From positions 186,001 to 250,000 of the forward strand of contig BAAIJX010000001.1 in assembly GCA_054600435.1 (NCBI GenBank): a stretch of DNA of 64,000 nucleotides, written 5' to 3'. Each line of letters begins with the position of its first letter. Within the stretch, counting starts at the first letter, position 1. This document shows positions 21,608 through 35,527 of the stretch, piece after piece. Made by a program: the position numbers and the translations under genes. The notes beneath the pieces are model-generated. The model ran no database searches. It worked only from the letters and a program-made list of their open reading frames with translations, and was not told the DNA's origin. Origin of the DNA: Neophaeotheca triangularis (Eukaryota).

Positions 21608-23528
21608 TCAATTGCCGCTGACCTCGCTCAAAGCACTCCTCGACTCATCCCCATGCCACCTCGCCTTATCGTCTTTGACTTTGGCCTTGAAAAGCCCCAA
21701 CTCCTTCATCAACTCCTCAACATCCGCCTGCCAGCCCTCATGTTCGTTCTCCTCATCCCCGCTAAAACCACCATACTCCTCGCCATCCCCTTCCTCCTCC
21801 TCCTCCTCCCCAACCCCGCTATCCTCATCATCATCATCTTCTCCATCCTCGCCCCCATACCCCCTGGGCAAAGTAATAGGATTCTTCAACTCCTGCGTCG
21901 CCAAACTCAAATGCCTCCTGAGCGTCTCAATCTCCATAGTGAGAGCCTGGTTACGAGGCCTCAACTCGTCAACCTCGAGAGTCAAAGCGCGTATCTTGAC
22001 ATCCGAAACCGCCCGACTCTCCTCCATCGCCCGCTGCATCTTGCTAACCTGCCGTTGATAGTCTTCCAACTCGTCACGCGAGCGGTCCGCCTCTTCTTTT
22101 TTGCGACCAGCCGCGGCGTTGACCGAAACTTGCAGCGAGCGGATGACCTCCTGCATTTCGAGAATTTTGGCATCGCGTTCGGCCGCGCTAACGGCGTCTT
22201 GGTTGACGTGGGCCTTGGTGCGGATGCGTTTCGCTTGGTCGGCGTAGCGGAGGGTGGACAGGGATTCCTCGTAGTCTGTAGGCGAGATGCAAGCGACCAT
22301 GGCGGTTTTGCTGTTGCCGCCGAGCGAGTCCTTGAGCAGCCAGGTGAGCACGCTGTCGCGGTAGGGGACGACTTCTGCGCGCCTCTTGGAGGTGTTTTGC
22401 CCGCCGAGGCTGCCTTGGGCGCGGTTGTGGGCGATTTTTTGACGACGCGGGTCAGCGAGGGCGGCAATGACGCGGCCGAGGGTTGTCAAAGATTGATTGA
22501 TGTTGCCGCCTTCGCGCAGGCGTTGGCCGGTTGCTTCGGTGCGGCCGGCGCGTTCGGAACCTGCGAGATCGACCAAGCGCATGCGGGCCAGGCGCTCGAT
22601 GGTGCTGTCGGAAGAGAGGTCGTGTTGAATTTGTTTGAGGGTGAGGGTGAAGACGGCGTGAGAGCGGGAGGAGGTGTCGTTCATTTTGGTGCTAGCGGTT
22701 GTGCGGTTTTGGTCGCCTCGTTGCATCAGACGAGCAATGTCTTCGTAACTTTTGACGGGTTCATCGGTCAAGTTTTGCACATAGACGCCGTCGCTCTTGC
22801 TCTCACGGATCTTCAAGTAGGAGGGGTCGCGAGTTTTGGGGGTCAAAAGGTCCTTGACGTGTTCGTTGTAGATTTCAAAGTAAGAGACGTGGACGTTGTA
22901 TGTTATACTGCTATTCATTTCGCCTTCTATCCTCTCGAACAGGCCTTGACATGTTCGGGGGATCAGTCCAGGAGCGTCGGGCGTGCCCATCATTGTGTAA
23001 GACTTTCCTGAACCAGTCTGGCCGTAGGCGAAAATGCACGTGTGGTAGCCATCGAAGTTGTGGTCGAGAAAGTCTTCGCCAAAGGAATTGTAGACGTCTT
23101 CCTGTCGCGCGTAGTGCGGGTCTGCCTCGTCGTGGGACCAGAAAGATTTGTCGAATGTGAAGCTCTTCTCTTCCAGACACTTGCGCTGACCGCGCGCATC
23201 TTCCGGCGCATGGAGGGGAGGGAGTAGTTTGGTCTCTTGCGTTGCAGGATTCATGCGAACGAGGCATGCTTGGTTCTTCTCGATTTCTAATTGAACAAGT
23301 CAGCTTTGCGTGTGCGACCACCTGGACGTCCAACATGTCTCACTCACCTCTCTTGACAAACTTCCTCACCCGCAATACGACCTTCACATTCCCCCCATCG
23401 GCGTTTGGTGGCGTAAAGGGTCGCTGCATCTCTTCGGTAACGGGCTCCCTCGCGCGCATCGACGGCGAGCTGGCGGTGCTATGGTAGTTGTGTAAATCTG
23501 GAGTCGTCAACGCCCTTTTGTGAGCCAT
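21608..23528 (-). CDS. Short fungal kinesin-3 motor (NcKin3/UncB-like; no FHA or PH tail)
   Basis: Exons 23528-23348 and 23286-21608. FTFDKSFWSH, FAYGQTGSGKS, SSRSH, LVDLAGSE, VVPYRDSVLTWLLKDSLGGNSKT and LSTLRYADQAKRI motifs, followed by a short coiled coil and an acidic tail. Confidence 0.9.
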
Positions 23529-24024
23529 TTCCGGGTCGGACTGTGGTAGCGCGTCGAGTGGTGGGAGGAGTGTTTCGGCAAGCTTGCGCGAGCAACAAGC
23601 AGTACTTGATGTAGGAGTGCCGGTGGAAAGATAGAGGTAGTCGTCGAAGTCTTCGCACAGTTGCTCGAGTTCAGCGTGGGAGCGGAGTCGAAGCGAAGTG
23701 TACATTGGGCATCTTCCGCCTTCCCTCTTTCTCTCTCTTTCGACACGTTGTTGCCTTGCTCGTTAGTACAAAGGAGGAGCCTGTTGCTGGACTGTGCAGA
23801 TCGACGTTGCAGTCGTTTGTCTACAGTACTAACATTGTTTACCCGCCCGATAAGATAAGCTACCCGCATAGCAACCGGCTTTAAGATTGCACCAAACCGT
23901 AAACGCCATTATTCGCCTCGAGGGTACTAGGTAGTGTAGGGACAAAAAACACACTGCTGCACATTCACATCAACACCTCTCAAGACACCTTTCAGATGCA
24001 TTGATGTATATTGTATACCACAAC

Positions 24025-27000
24025 TTATTCCCCACCACCCCTCTGCCTCGTCAACTCAAAAAGCACAATACTCGCCGCAGTCTGCACATTCAAACTCCGC
24101 GTAATCCCCTGCTGCGGAATCTCAACCAGCACATCACACTCGCCCAACACCACAGCCGGGATCCCCTCCCTCTCACTCCCCAACACCAACACCACTTTCT
24201 CGTGCGGCAGCAGCGCACTCTTAGACCCCAACACCACGCTCCTATCCGTCTGCTCGATGCCCACGACCGTGTGGCCCTCAAGCTTCTTGCGGGCGAGAAA
24301 GGCCGGGACATCGGCGGCCGCGAGCGCCTTCAACGGTATGTGCAAGTGCGAGGATACGGAGACGGCGGTGAAGTCTTTGTTGGAAGCGACGCGGGGGTTG
24401 GCGAGGTATAGGGTCGAGGCGCCGAAGATTTCGCTCGCGCGGGAGAGGCCGCCTAGGTTGTAGGGGTTGTCGATTAGCGAGGCTACGACGTGAAGGTCGT
24501 GCTTGGGAAGGGTGCTTTGGGATTCGGTGAGGTAGGCTGTGCCTTTTGTTTGGAGTGCGAGCGGTTTAGAGGGGGCTTCGTCGGGGAGGGCAGTGCTTGG
24601 GGTTTCAGCTGTTGTTGGGGCATCCGAGGTGGGTCTTTTGGAGGTTTGAGGAAATGGTCTCACACGGTCTCCCAGTGGTACGCATCGTTGTCGAGATTCG
24701 AGATTGAGACCGCGCGCTTGATCGTCCGCCTCTAGAACGAGGAAGTCGCTGTGATGAGCCAGTGGGGCTATGGACGGCTCAATGTCAAGGTACGTGCCTT
24801 CAGCCAGATTCGCCAACGTGCTTTCGGCTACTGGGTCCAGTTTTCCTAATTCGCGATCAACCGGCGGTTCGATGTAGCGCTCAAGGCTCGTTACGTAGTC
24901 ATTCAAGGAAGCCAGAGAGCTGTTTTCGGTAATACATGTCCACCTTTTCGCTGTTGCGTGGTCCCAGAGTTGAGGGAATGACCATTGTGCTTCGTGCCGG
25001 ATTATCACTTTTGAGCTTGCCGACAGTGCAACTAGAGCGTCTGCTAGGTTTTTCGCAAAATTCTCGGAAGACTCGCTCGACAGTCCGATCATTGAGGCCA
25101 CCTTCATCAGTGAAGCTAGGTACTTCGGATTGGTATGATGATCTTTTGTGGCGAGGTGGTCCAAGATTGCGCCGCGGAGCTTGCTATGCCGGATGTACAG
25201 GCGGGCAACGATCCATTCGAGTAGGAAACGATATCGAGGAAGGGGCTCCAGTGCTAGAATGTGGTGGAAGTCTTGGAGCAATTGCTTTGTTTGCTCTTCA
25301 GAAGCATCGTCGAGATATTGCTCGGTGCAAAGCAACATCATCTGAACTTGCAACGGAGTCTTCCACTTGGTGACAATTGGTACTGGTGCCTTTTGGGCAA
25401 GCCATGGCGCCATCAACGTTTCAAGAAGGCTTTTTGGGGCGGCCGAATCGACACCTTTGATGCGGGATCCTAGATCAAGCAACGCCGCGAACCCAATACT
25501 CTCCCGCTTGCCGAAGAATGTTTCATAGCTAGCATTTCCATCACCGCTGCGCTGGAGTAGCTCGACCGTTGCATCTTCGAGCTGAAAGTCCAGCGTCGGC
25601 TCGGGCGGGTTGTTGGCAATGCGGAGGATGATTTCTTCTACAGGAAATATTTCGGTAGCCCGCGGGTCGCCAAGTACGGCTGTCCTGACGCCTCCAATGA
25701 GCGGAGAGAGTAGGTATAGCCTACTCTCGGCGAGTTTGTGAAATCTGCGGGTCGAATCGTCGAGCGCGTTTGCAATAGCCTTTGACGGATCGTAAATGGC
25801 CGCCTGAACCACGTCACGGTGTAGCACGGTATCTAGCAACACCATTAACAGCTTCTTGGGGTATTCCAGATATTCCACGTCGCTCCAGAGGTCGGAGACT
25901 GTGTTTTCAACAGCCTCTGCAGTTGCGCTGCTCACATTGACTTGGAGGGATTTACACTTTGCGATTGACTTCTGCTCGTTGAGATCCCTCTGCGAGACTG
26001 CAACGCTTGCTGTGCTGTCGCTATCATCACCCGAACCTTGGCTTTTTCGGCTGAGTGATTTCCATCGCAAGGTCGATTGAGGTGAAAGTCTTTCGAACGG
26101 CAGATTATCGACGGCAAGTGTCTTCTCACACAAGCTCAGACATCTCTGCTGGAAGTGGTAGACCGCAAGCTCTGGAAGGCCGGTCCAAGCAGACAACTCC
26201 AATACGATCTCGAGACTGTCGCGTTGCAAAGCCATCGAAGGGCAGGCTTGGAAAGCTCTGTATACACCTTCAAGCACATAGACCCCGGCGTAGGCGAAGA
26301 GGGCTTTGTCTTTTTGAACCAAAAAGCTCAAAAGGGTGCCTAACAAGGCTTCTGTACTCTCGACATCGCCCGCACTACTCTTGAGAAGGACGAAGACATA
26401 TTCAGCAAGCGCTTCACCGTGCGTGCACACAGTGATACCCTCAACGCGCCGAAGGCTAGTGGTGAAAAGCCGACCTTCTGTGGCCCATGGCAGAATGTGT
26501 TGTCGAAGAAGTGCTGTATACTCTGTCATCGCCCCGAACGGCTGTAATTTGCCTTTGAAAATCCATTGAGCGATAAACCTGCGGTTCGAGTCCTGAAATT
26601 TGGGATCCATAGCTGCAGAGAGCAGGGCGAAAAGCCAGATGTTCGGAATTCCTGACTCCGGCGCCGCGAGCAAGTCAAGGTCTCTCTCGCACTCAATGAC
26701 CTGATTGAGGTATCTGCCAAGGACTATGGTTTCGAAGACAGTGCAATATCTTGCGTATTGCTGTTCCAGTGTCCCTACAAGAATTCGAAGTTAGCCGCTT
26801 TTCTTCCATTTGTAGACCTACCGCGACCGCATGTTGTGATGTCCCCGGGTTAACACTTGGTGAGCTGCGAGCCATGCTACAAAGTCACGCAGCAGAAGAG
26901 AAGAGAATCACGTACCTGGACTCTTGTTCAGGCTACTGCTAATGGTTGCCAGTACCTTAGGGTCATTCACCGCAGTGGCCACGGATAGTCGCAAGATTGC

Positions 27001-27786
27001 TAAACAGCATTTGCGTTGCTCACCATCACCAACACGGAGGCCTTGTGCTAGCAAATTCCAATACTCAGAGTTTTGCACTGACTTGAGGGCTGAAGTCGAC
27101 TGATTCTTCCACCATCGCAACCACAAACCATACCCTACAGTGCACAGAGCGGTGTCGTCGGCGGTGACGAGGTCCACGATAGTTGACCACAACACTGCGG
27201 TCACATCTGGCAGTCCTTCTGCCTGAAGACGGTCGGGATCAGAAACTACCAGATCAAATGCGAGTTCTTTCGCAGGACCGGACAATGCTTTGGTAGCATT
27301 GCCCAGAAGCTTCAAGGTAACGAGAAGGAGGCTAGCTCGTACACCTTCAGAGGGGGTCCTGACAGACATAATCTTCGCCGCAAAAGACAAATAGGATCCA
27401 GCAACAGCAGGACCCAGCTGACGTGTAGGATCTGAACCGAGGGTACTGGCACTGGGAGTAGATCTTGCGGTCTCGAGAGGGAACGAGTACATGAGCTGCG
27501 CTGCGACCTTTTGCAGCACCATGATCCCGATGCGATCGTCAGTCTGACAGATGGCGACAACATCATTGACCCTATCTTGCTGTAGCAGAATCAAAAGGCC
27601 TTCCACAGCTTTTGCTACGAGGGTTTCGTCTTCTTCACGCCTCAGGAGCGCAGAGAGAATGACTAGATCTTGACTGCCAGCTTGCGGCAAGGCATCGAGA
27701 GCATCGCTGACCGCAGCTCGCCTAGCAGAGGCGGGTATATGAGCCAGCAACGTGGCCGCCGCCGCCGATGAATCGGACACGTGCAT
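24025..27786 (-). CDS. TRM3: tRNA (guanosine-18-2'-O)-methyltransferase, SpoU family
   Basis: Exons 27786-26916 and 26774-24025 (141-nt GTACGT...GCTAAC...TAG intron). C-terminal SpoU motifs VASLIDNPYNLGGLSRASEIFG, VLVLGSEREGIP and EIPQQGITRSLNV. Confidence 0.9.
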
Positions 27787-28358
27787 GCTCAGGGGTCGAA
27801 AAGTTGTTGTACTTGCTGAGAACCTTGAAGAGACACGCCAGAAACGGTGAAAGATGTGTATACTGCGTCTCATCGACCAGTCGTCATGGTACCTCCAATC
27901 CACTCCAGGTGTAGAGTGAGTATTTTCCAGTCGAGTGGTAGATGGTATTATTACCAGTCTTCAAACACGGGGCTAACATCGATAATTTCACTCCAAGCGC
28001 GCTACCTAAGTTGAATACCTAGCAGTGAAGGCCAAGCTTTCCCGGCCCCGCGGGCGTGGATCAGCGATTGCACGTGCACGTGAGCGTCATGGTACTACAA
28101 TTACACCTCATACCACTACAACAGACTGGATGCAGTAATCATACGGAGCTCTCTCTCACTGGCAAAACGGGGAGGCGAGTGACTCTGTATAGACGTACAC
28201 ACACACAAACACACACGCTGCATACCTACAGTAAGGCCCTCACTTCTCTTCCTCTTCCTCTTCCTCTTCCTCTTCATATTCATTCTCATTCTACCCTTCC
28301 TCCAACCCTGTCCTTGGCTCCTCTCGCTCTGTACCCTGCCGTCCTCCAATCTGCCATC

Positions 28359-29940
28359 ATGCCGCGAAACGAAAACGACCAGCCCGACGATGAGCGGCGG
28401 CCTCTTTTACAACAAGGCCACACCGATAGTGGCGAAGGAGGCGACAGCCGCGAAGTCGTTAAATTCGACGAGAACGATTCGGCCAACCCGCGACAATGGG
28501 ACAAGAGCAAGAAGATGGTCAACGTCTTCGTCATCGCCATGATGTCCATTCTCTCCCCCCTCGCCAGCTCCATGTTCACACCGGGCATAGATCAAATAGC
28601 GGAGGATCTGAACACAAATTCACAGACGGTGATAGGGACGACAACGGGGTTTGTTGTCATGTTGGGCTTCGGACCGCTGTTTTTGGCGCCCTTGTCTGAG
28701 ACTTTTGGAAGAAGATCGCTGTACCTCATTTGCTTCACACTGTTTGCGCTGCTGCAGATACCGAGTGCCCTTGCGCCCAACATCGCGACTCTGATCGCTT
28801 CACGAACACTCAGCGGCTTCTTCGGAAGTGTTGGTATTGCAAACGGTGGTGGCACAATTTCGGACATGTTTGAGCCTGCTGAGAGGGCGAGTGTCTTTGG
28901 TTGGTACCTGTTGGGTCCACTGCTTGGACCTACCCTAGGGCCTCTCTTTGGCGGTATCACGGTTCAGAGGCTGGGATGGAGATGGATGTGCGTAAACCTT
29001 GCAAAACAACCATGCCAGTAGAAATGACTGACGTGTACTAGTTTCTGGATCCTCACAATCGTCTGCTCCGCCAACACTCTTGCCGGCTTCTTTTTCCTCC
29101 GCGAGACCTACGCCCCAGTCATCCTCGCCCAGCGTAAGGCGCGGCTCGAAGATGAGAATTCCAAGCCCGGCGCATACAGCTTCGAGGGAGAAGACACCCG
29201 ACCCCTGAAGAACAAGCTGGCGCACTCACTCGCCCGACCCATCCGAATCCTAACCCAGCCAATCGTGCTCACAATGTCCACCTTCCAAGCCCTCATTTTC
29301 GGCACCACGTACAGCATCTACACCAACATGCAACCCATCTACTCGGGAAACTACGGCTTCAACACCGAGCAAGTCGGCCTCCTCTATCTCGGCCCCGGTC
29401 TCGGATTCCTTTTCGCAGTCTGGTTCCTAGTCCCACGCATCGACACCGTCTACAACAGCCTCACGGCTCGCAACGACGGCAAATCAAAACCCGAATATCG
29501 TCTCCCCCTCGCCAACATCGGCTCCGTCTTCATTCCAATCTCCCTCTTCTGGTTCGCCTGGGCCGTGGAGCTCCACACCCACTGGGCCGTCAGCATAGCC
29601 GCCACCTTCTTCTACGGCGTCGGCCAGGTCATGATCCTCAACACCGTGCAAAACTACTACATTGACAGTTTCGAAAAGTGTAAGTCCCCTCCCTAATCCG
29701 AAGTCAACCGCAACCACTGACGTGGCCACAGACGCCGCAAGCGCCATCGCAGCAGGCGCCGTCTTCCGAAGCCTCATTGGCGGCGTGGTGCCGCTGTTCG
29801 CGCCCCTGATGTTCGAGGCCCTGGGCTACGGCTGGGGCGTCTCGGTGTTTGCTTTCTTGGCTACAGCGATTGCGCCGGCGCCGCTGATCTTCTACTATTA
29901 CGGCGGCCAAGTGAGGGAGAGGTTCCAGATTGATCTATGA
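28359..29940 (+). CDS. MFS drug:H+ antiporter (DHA1 family)
   Basis: Three exons (introns about 28988-29041 and 29680-29731). NPRQW, GPLFLAPLSETFGRR, GPLLGPTLGP, LRETYAPVIL and PEYRL motifs. Confidence 0.92.
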
Positions 29941-30669
29941 GTTGCCTTAATTGACGACGTGTGAGATTGCCCATCTGCTTGCTAGTCGCTAGTGGGGGGA
30001 TGCAAGGCATGGTCATCTTTTCAGTATCTCTCGTGGCGTTGAATAGCGGCATTTGCACTGGTTGGCGTATCCCGTCGCGTGAAAATTACGGCTGGTTGTG
30101 TCTTGGGAACAGACCGGAACAATGTAGAGAGAAATTGGCCAACTGGCGCGAGAGGGTCAGTCTTGTATTATCTCACCTTAGAATCTTTTTCTTTAGCTTT
30201 GGGTCCGTCAAGGCCAGTGATCTGCGTAAGAGCTTGGGATGCTCCGATCCATTCGTGCACCGCCGTTTGTTATTTCCCCCCGTCATGAGTCGCCGGCGCG
30301 AGCAACAAGTACTCTTGGAAAAGATATCTATGGGCCCATTCCTAGCATGGGGAAGATCGACGGCCTGTCGTCCGGGCCTCGTGTGCTGTGAATGGGCTCG
30401 TACTGCTGCGGCTGCGGCTGGAGGTTGGGTCGGAGAGCTGCCTCTTCTGAGAGGACGGAGTAAAGCTACTAGGAAAGTCATGAAACAAGTGTGTCTCCAG
30501 CGAGTCGCCCTTCAACACCCGGCTCCGCAGTCTCTACAAACAAGCCGCGTGGCAAGTAGCCTCTATATTCGCACAAACAAGTACAACCCGATTTCCAAGA
30601 GGAGGCAAGACAAAGCCTCATCAACAATAGCCTCAGCTATGTACCATATCGTAATACGCACGCCCATTC

Positions 30670-31804
30670 TCAGACCCTGCCCGTCCACCTCGGCACCCCA
30701 GCATGCGTGAAGACATCGCTCCCCCTGCGCCACTCCTCCAACAAGACCGAAGTCTCGACGTGCAAGTCCTCGACAATGCTATCGACTTTGATATCATTCT
30801 TGTCGTAACCAAAAGGGTCCTCGAGCTGCTGGCCAATGGCCTCGATGCCATAGAGTGTGAAGACGACAATCGCCTCCATCAACACCGACCACCACGCCAT
30901 ATCCCTGACGAGAGCGAACGGCAGGACTGCGCAGAAGCAAGCGAGGACTTGGCGCTGGTGGATTAGGTACGCCACGGGAATGGGGGTGAGGTGGATAGTT
31001 TCCATATTGCCGTAGGCGACGGTGAGGTTGTTGAGCTGGACCGTCATTTGGGCCGCTTGCGGTGGGTGGAACCAGTTGCGTTCGACTGCGCGCTTAATGT
31101 AGCCTTCAATCTGGCAGGCGAGTTGGAGCAGTAGGCCCAGCCCTTGGTCTTCGTAGCTGCGTGTGCCCGGGGGAAGGAGCCCGGCGTATTCGGGTTTGGC
31201 GGTTGAGGTGCTGTCGCGGCGCGTGTCGATGCCGGTGCTCATGAGGAGCATGGGGAGCGTGCGGCCCCATTCTGCTCGCAGGTGATCTGGAAGGGGTGCG
31301 TCAGTGCTCTACAGCTATGGGATCAGATGGAAACGGATGATACGTACTCTTGGCCGCGTAAATCAAGGCGAGCAAGATCCTCACAGCCCTCTCGGTATCC
31401 GCGCGCTCCTCATCACTGGGCGCGGCATTGACATTGCCGGCATGCGAACAACACAAGAACACTCTCGTCAAGTTGCGTAGATTCGACTCGAGCGCCGTGA
31501 GCTCTAGATTGCCGCGCCAGAAGCGATCATAGCTAGTGTTGTTGCGAAAGACGAGCATGAGACCGACGACAATGGACAAGCTCGAGATTATCGGGACGGG
31601 GAGGTTCAGGCTCTTGCCGCGGTGGAGGTCGAGGTAGGTTATGAGAGCCGCCCAGCCGGCGAAAAGGACAATGGGGATGAAGATTTCGTTGTGGATGGCA
31701 CCTTTGTAGAAACGCAGCACGAGTGGCCACCTGCGGGGCTTTTTGCGGGTGCTGTTGTAGAGCGGGAAGGTTGGGTTTCGGTTGTGATGTCTGGGTGCTG
31801 CCAT
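30670..31804 (-). CDS. Bestrophin-like (UPF0187/YneE) membrane channel protein
   Basis: Exons 31804-31348 and 31286-30670. LMLVFRNNTSYDRFW, METIHLTPIPVAY and GIEAIGQQLEDPFGYDKNDI motifs. Confidence 0.88.
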
Positions 31805-32550
31805 GATGCCGGCTAGTGGTGATGATGGAATATCCCCATATAATAAGATAGCTATAGCTATGAAGCTGATATGGTGACCTCGAGATGGTCGCTTTGGGAG
31901 GATGGAGGTTCGTTATGAGTGATATGGTTCCTGGTTGGATGTGAATCTTCTCGTCCATTCCTTGGGTCCGGGTTTGAAGATAAGGTAGCCGACGGTATCA
32001 TCTGCTCTTGCCAGAAGATGCTTTTCCCTCGATACCCCAGCAAGGGCTACCTATACTTACTGTAGGTACCTTGGATGTGACAAGGTAAGGTACATGTAGT
32101 GCTGTCGAGTGGAGTGGCAAGAGTCGCCCGCGCTGGTTGGAGGTAAGGTATCTCACAAAGCTGCTCACAGAGTTCAAAGCAATCCAAGTACAGTGCTTGG
32201 CCACTGGAGCACGACGAGGGGTGGCATTGACTGCATGGCAAGACTCCACCACTTATCACTTACAATCTGGCGGTATCTTAGGTCTACATGAATATTATTG
32301 CAAGCACTTGGAAAGCAACGAATGGTGCCCGGGTGGTGTCGCAGATCACCAGTCGGCTCGCGTTAGCCGCCCGCGGCATGCATGCTGCTGTCTCTCCGAT
32401 AGGCATGTTCAATCTCTCAGGTGTACCTAGGTATCCCAGGGATACTCATTCTTGGAGGAAGAGGGTTTGATTGGTAAAAACGTGAAAACACAAAGTGACA
32501 GCCTCGGAGTGAGCATCTGCGATTGTTGTAGGCCCACGAAAAAATTCAAA

Positions 32551-35126
32551 CTACCTGCCCCTTCCCAGCTGAGACATCATTCTTTCGACCTCCATCAAAG
32601 CAGGACCACTAGCCTGATCCCTCAATTCCTCGAGCGCAGCCCTGTCTTTGGCCTTGACAGCCTCTTCCGCCGCCTTGCCCATCAGACCACACTTGACCCA
32701 CATCTCAATGCGCTCCTGATACGTCAGGCCCGTACACTTGGGGATGAAGACAGACGCCAGCTTCGTATTGCCCGCGCCAATGATCTCGTTGAAGAACGGC
32801 TACACGTCAAGTTAGCAGTCATTCTCAAATTGAATCACGGGTGTCGAACTCACCTCCCACCCAATTGGGCTTTTCCGGTTCTTGCCCAGCTCCTCCAATT
32901 CCCGCCAGTCTCTCCGACTAACCAAAGCCCTCAGCCGAATCCACCAATACGACTTGTCGCTGACCTTGAACTCTGATTGCACCTTCTGACTGCGCTTCAT
33001 GTTGCCCATCTTGATCAACTTGCTCAAAGTATCGTTGATGCTCATGCCCACAAATTTCTCCGCTAGGTCCTTCTCAAACGCCTCCTGGAATCTGAGCAGC
33101 TTTTGGGCATCTTCGAGGGCAGACACTTGTGGTGCGTATTCTTTGCTGTCCCGAAGAAGCTTGGCGGCCATCTTCAGCTTGTCTGTCGTCGCGTTCAGTG
33201 ATGGCGCAGACAAAGCTTCCGAAAGCAGGAGGTTTGAGCCGTCCAGCCGACGGTCGTCTTGGTAGTAGAGATCTTTGAGGAGCTCCTGGTCCTGGTCGAT
33301 AGCCGAAGACTCAACGATTGCGGTCGCGGTGGGTCTGCTGTTGATAGTTCGGAAGAAGCTAGCTAACGGAATCTTCTTCTTCAAGCTGAGCAGCACATAG
33401 AAAACGAGATCAGTGTCGCCGCTTTCGAGGGCCTTGTCGAGCGCTATTGACTCTTCTCCAAGGTTGAGGAGGAGTGGCACTTGCTTGCCAGCTCGGGGCT
33501 CATGCTCTAGTAGCTCAATCGCAAGCTCGCGCCTGCCTTCATCGTGAGCAGCTCGAGCGACCTCTTCGAAGGAGATGCCGCGCTTATCGTTGAGTTTGCT
33601 GACGATCTCCTGGCAGATCGCGGCCTCGTCAGTGCTTGAAGAGCGCACCTTTTGGCGAGCCCAATGCACGTAAATGCGATCCACCGGTAGACGAAGATAC
33701 TCTGAGATCTTCAGTGCCAGCAAGTACTGCTGCCGGTTGACCAGCCTCTGAATGAGCTTTTCTGGTGTTAAGCGGATATATTGTTCGTAGGAAAGGGGCA
33801 GGCCGATTTCGTAGAAACGCACCGCGTTCAACACGCGTAGAGCTTCCGTCATATCAACAAAATCATCACTGTTGTAGAATTCTAGCGCCGATTTGCCGTA
33901 CGAGGCCGCTTTGAGCAATTGCTTCTGCCAGTGTATGCTGTACTCCTGGCCAGCTGCGCGTACACAGACGTCGACTGCCTCATCAAGGTTCGGCCTGATG
34001 AGTTTGATGTTGTCGTCTGCTTTTGGTGATTTTTTCTCCAGCTGCTGAATCGCATCTAGGAGGACCGCGGCAGGAGACGGAGAGCCGAAGCGAAAGACCT
34101 CCTCGCTTGCTTCCGGTACTTTCTGGAAGAACTCGCAGACCTCGCTCGTCATGATTCGCAGGCCATCAATATCAGGGATGAGATGGAGAATAGAGTCGTA
34201 ATCATACTTGGTGGCAGCTCCGTTGGGACCGATGAGATGGAGCTCGTCCTCCCAAGCTAGCACAACCGCGTTATTGCCACACCACTCGAGGTGTTTCGGC
34301 GGCGTCTTGACTTTCGAGTCGTACTCGCTGAGCCTGTCCTGAAAATCGCTGCTGATGACCCAGACTTTGCCATCATCGGTGTAGAGGGCAATAAATTTGC
34401 CGTTGGGCGAGATGCTGATATGCCTGAAAGGGCCAGCCTGGAGTTGTCGGTCTTCGCACTCGACCGCATCCACAACGTAAATGGTAGGCCCAATCGCAAG
34501 TACAACTTCGACAGAGCGCGATGATGTGTACTCCGGAGGTATGACAGCCCAAGATACAACGTCCCCTTGAGGAGGGCTGGCTAGAAGCTGGGCTCGTGGC
34601 TCATCGTATCGCGTAACAACGATCAGACTGTTGTTCCCTAACAAAGCCACAAAGCCGCTCGACCAGAACCTGCATCCACGAACCCCATGCTCCTCTACGC
34701 CGTGTCCCAGTGAGAAGGGTGTGAAGTCGGCCTGGAGGTCTGCATAGCTCCTCACAGTTCCGTCATCTGTAACCACCAGTAATCTTTCCTCATCGCTCCA
34801 TCCCAGACCTTTTATGCGGCCCTTGTCCCAATTCAGCTGTCGCAATGGCTGGCCAGAGCAGCTGTAGATATCGATGGAGGACTTGGCCGTCTGGGAGCCA
34901 TGGAAGGAGTAGATCTTGTCCTCATCGCGGTAGATGGCTGTGACAGTGAGCGAGTATATCGGAGAGTTGAATGAGAGCGCCTACCTACAGCACCACTGTA
35001 TGGAGCTCCGGTCACGACGTAGTTCTCGAGCTCGAGGTCCGGATCAAAGACAGAGGTGTAGAGCTGCGTCTTGCGGTAGAAGCGGTCACCTACTCGCCGC
35101 CAGTCGGCTGTAGGCTTGGACGACAT
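32551..35126 (-). CDS. VPS16: Vacuolar protein sorting Vps16 (class C, HOPS/CORVET core)
   Basis: Exons 35126-34985, 34937-32854, 32799-32551. PTADW..VGDRFYRK, QKQLLKAASYGK, LRVLNAVR, ALESGDTDL and KSPIGWE|PFF motifs. Confidence 0.95.
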
Positions 35127-35527
35127 TTTAACAAGCGCTAAGGATCATTACTTTGCACAAATACCATGTTTGACATGACAGAGTGCTGGTGTGAGTGAGT
35201 AAGTAGGGTATCTAAGGCAAGGTAAGGTATGTAGTTATGTGACGTTGGCAGCTGCAGCTGGAGTGCAGGTGGCCCGAGCTCAGAGGCGTCTCTGGTCCAG
35301 TCGCAACCTCGCCTGCTCTGGTAAAGACCAACCAAGCACACCTTTTGTATTGAAGGATCCCATTGCGCCTTCAGTACTCAATATGTGGGTGAGATCCGCG
35401 CGAGAGGACACGTGATAGCGAGTTGATATTCATGCTTCACGGCTTCAAAACGACAAAGACATAGGAAACCCAACCCAACGCAAGCTGATTGGGACCTCCT
35501 AACCAGGACGACAGCACCTTTGAAAAT

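Noticed and set aside
21356..23011. 551-aa plus-strand ORF
   Set aside because: Antisense to the kinesin CDS; explained by codon bias and skew.
26775..26915. Intronic snoRNA or nested intron in the 141-nt TRM3 intron
   Set aside because: ANANNA and ACA words are present, but the second hairpin would be only ~23 nt. The internal TAG acceptor gives a ~39-nt intron in a frame that does not join the conserved downstream exon.
29961..30710. 249-aa ORF between the MFS and bestrophin genes
   Set aside because: GTG start, no recognisable motifs or coding-like composition, and it lies in convergent 3' regions.
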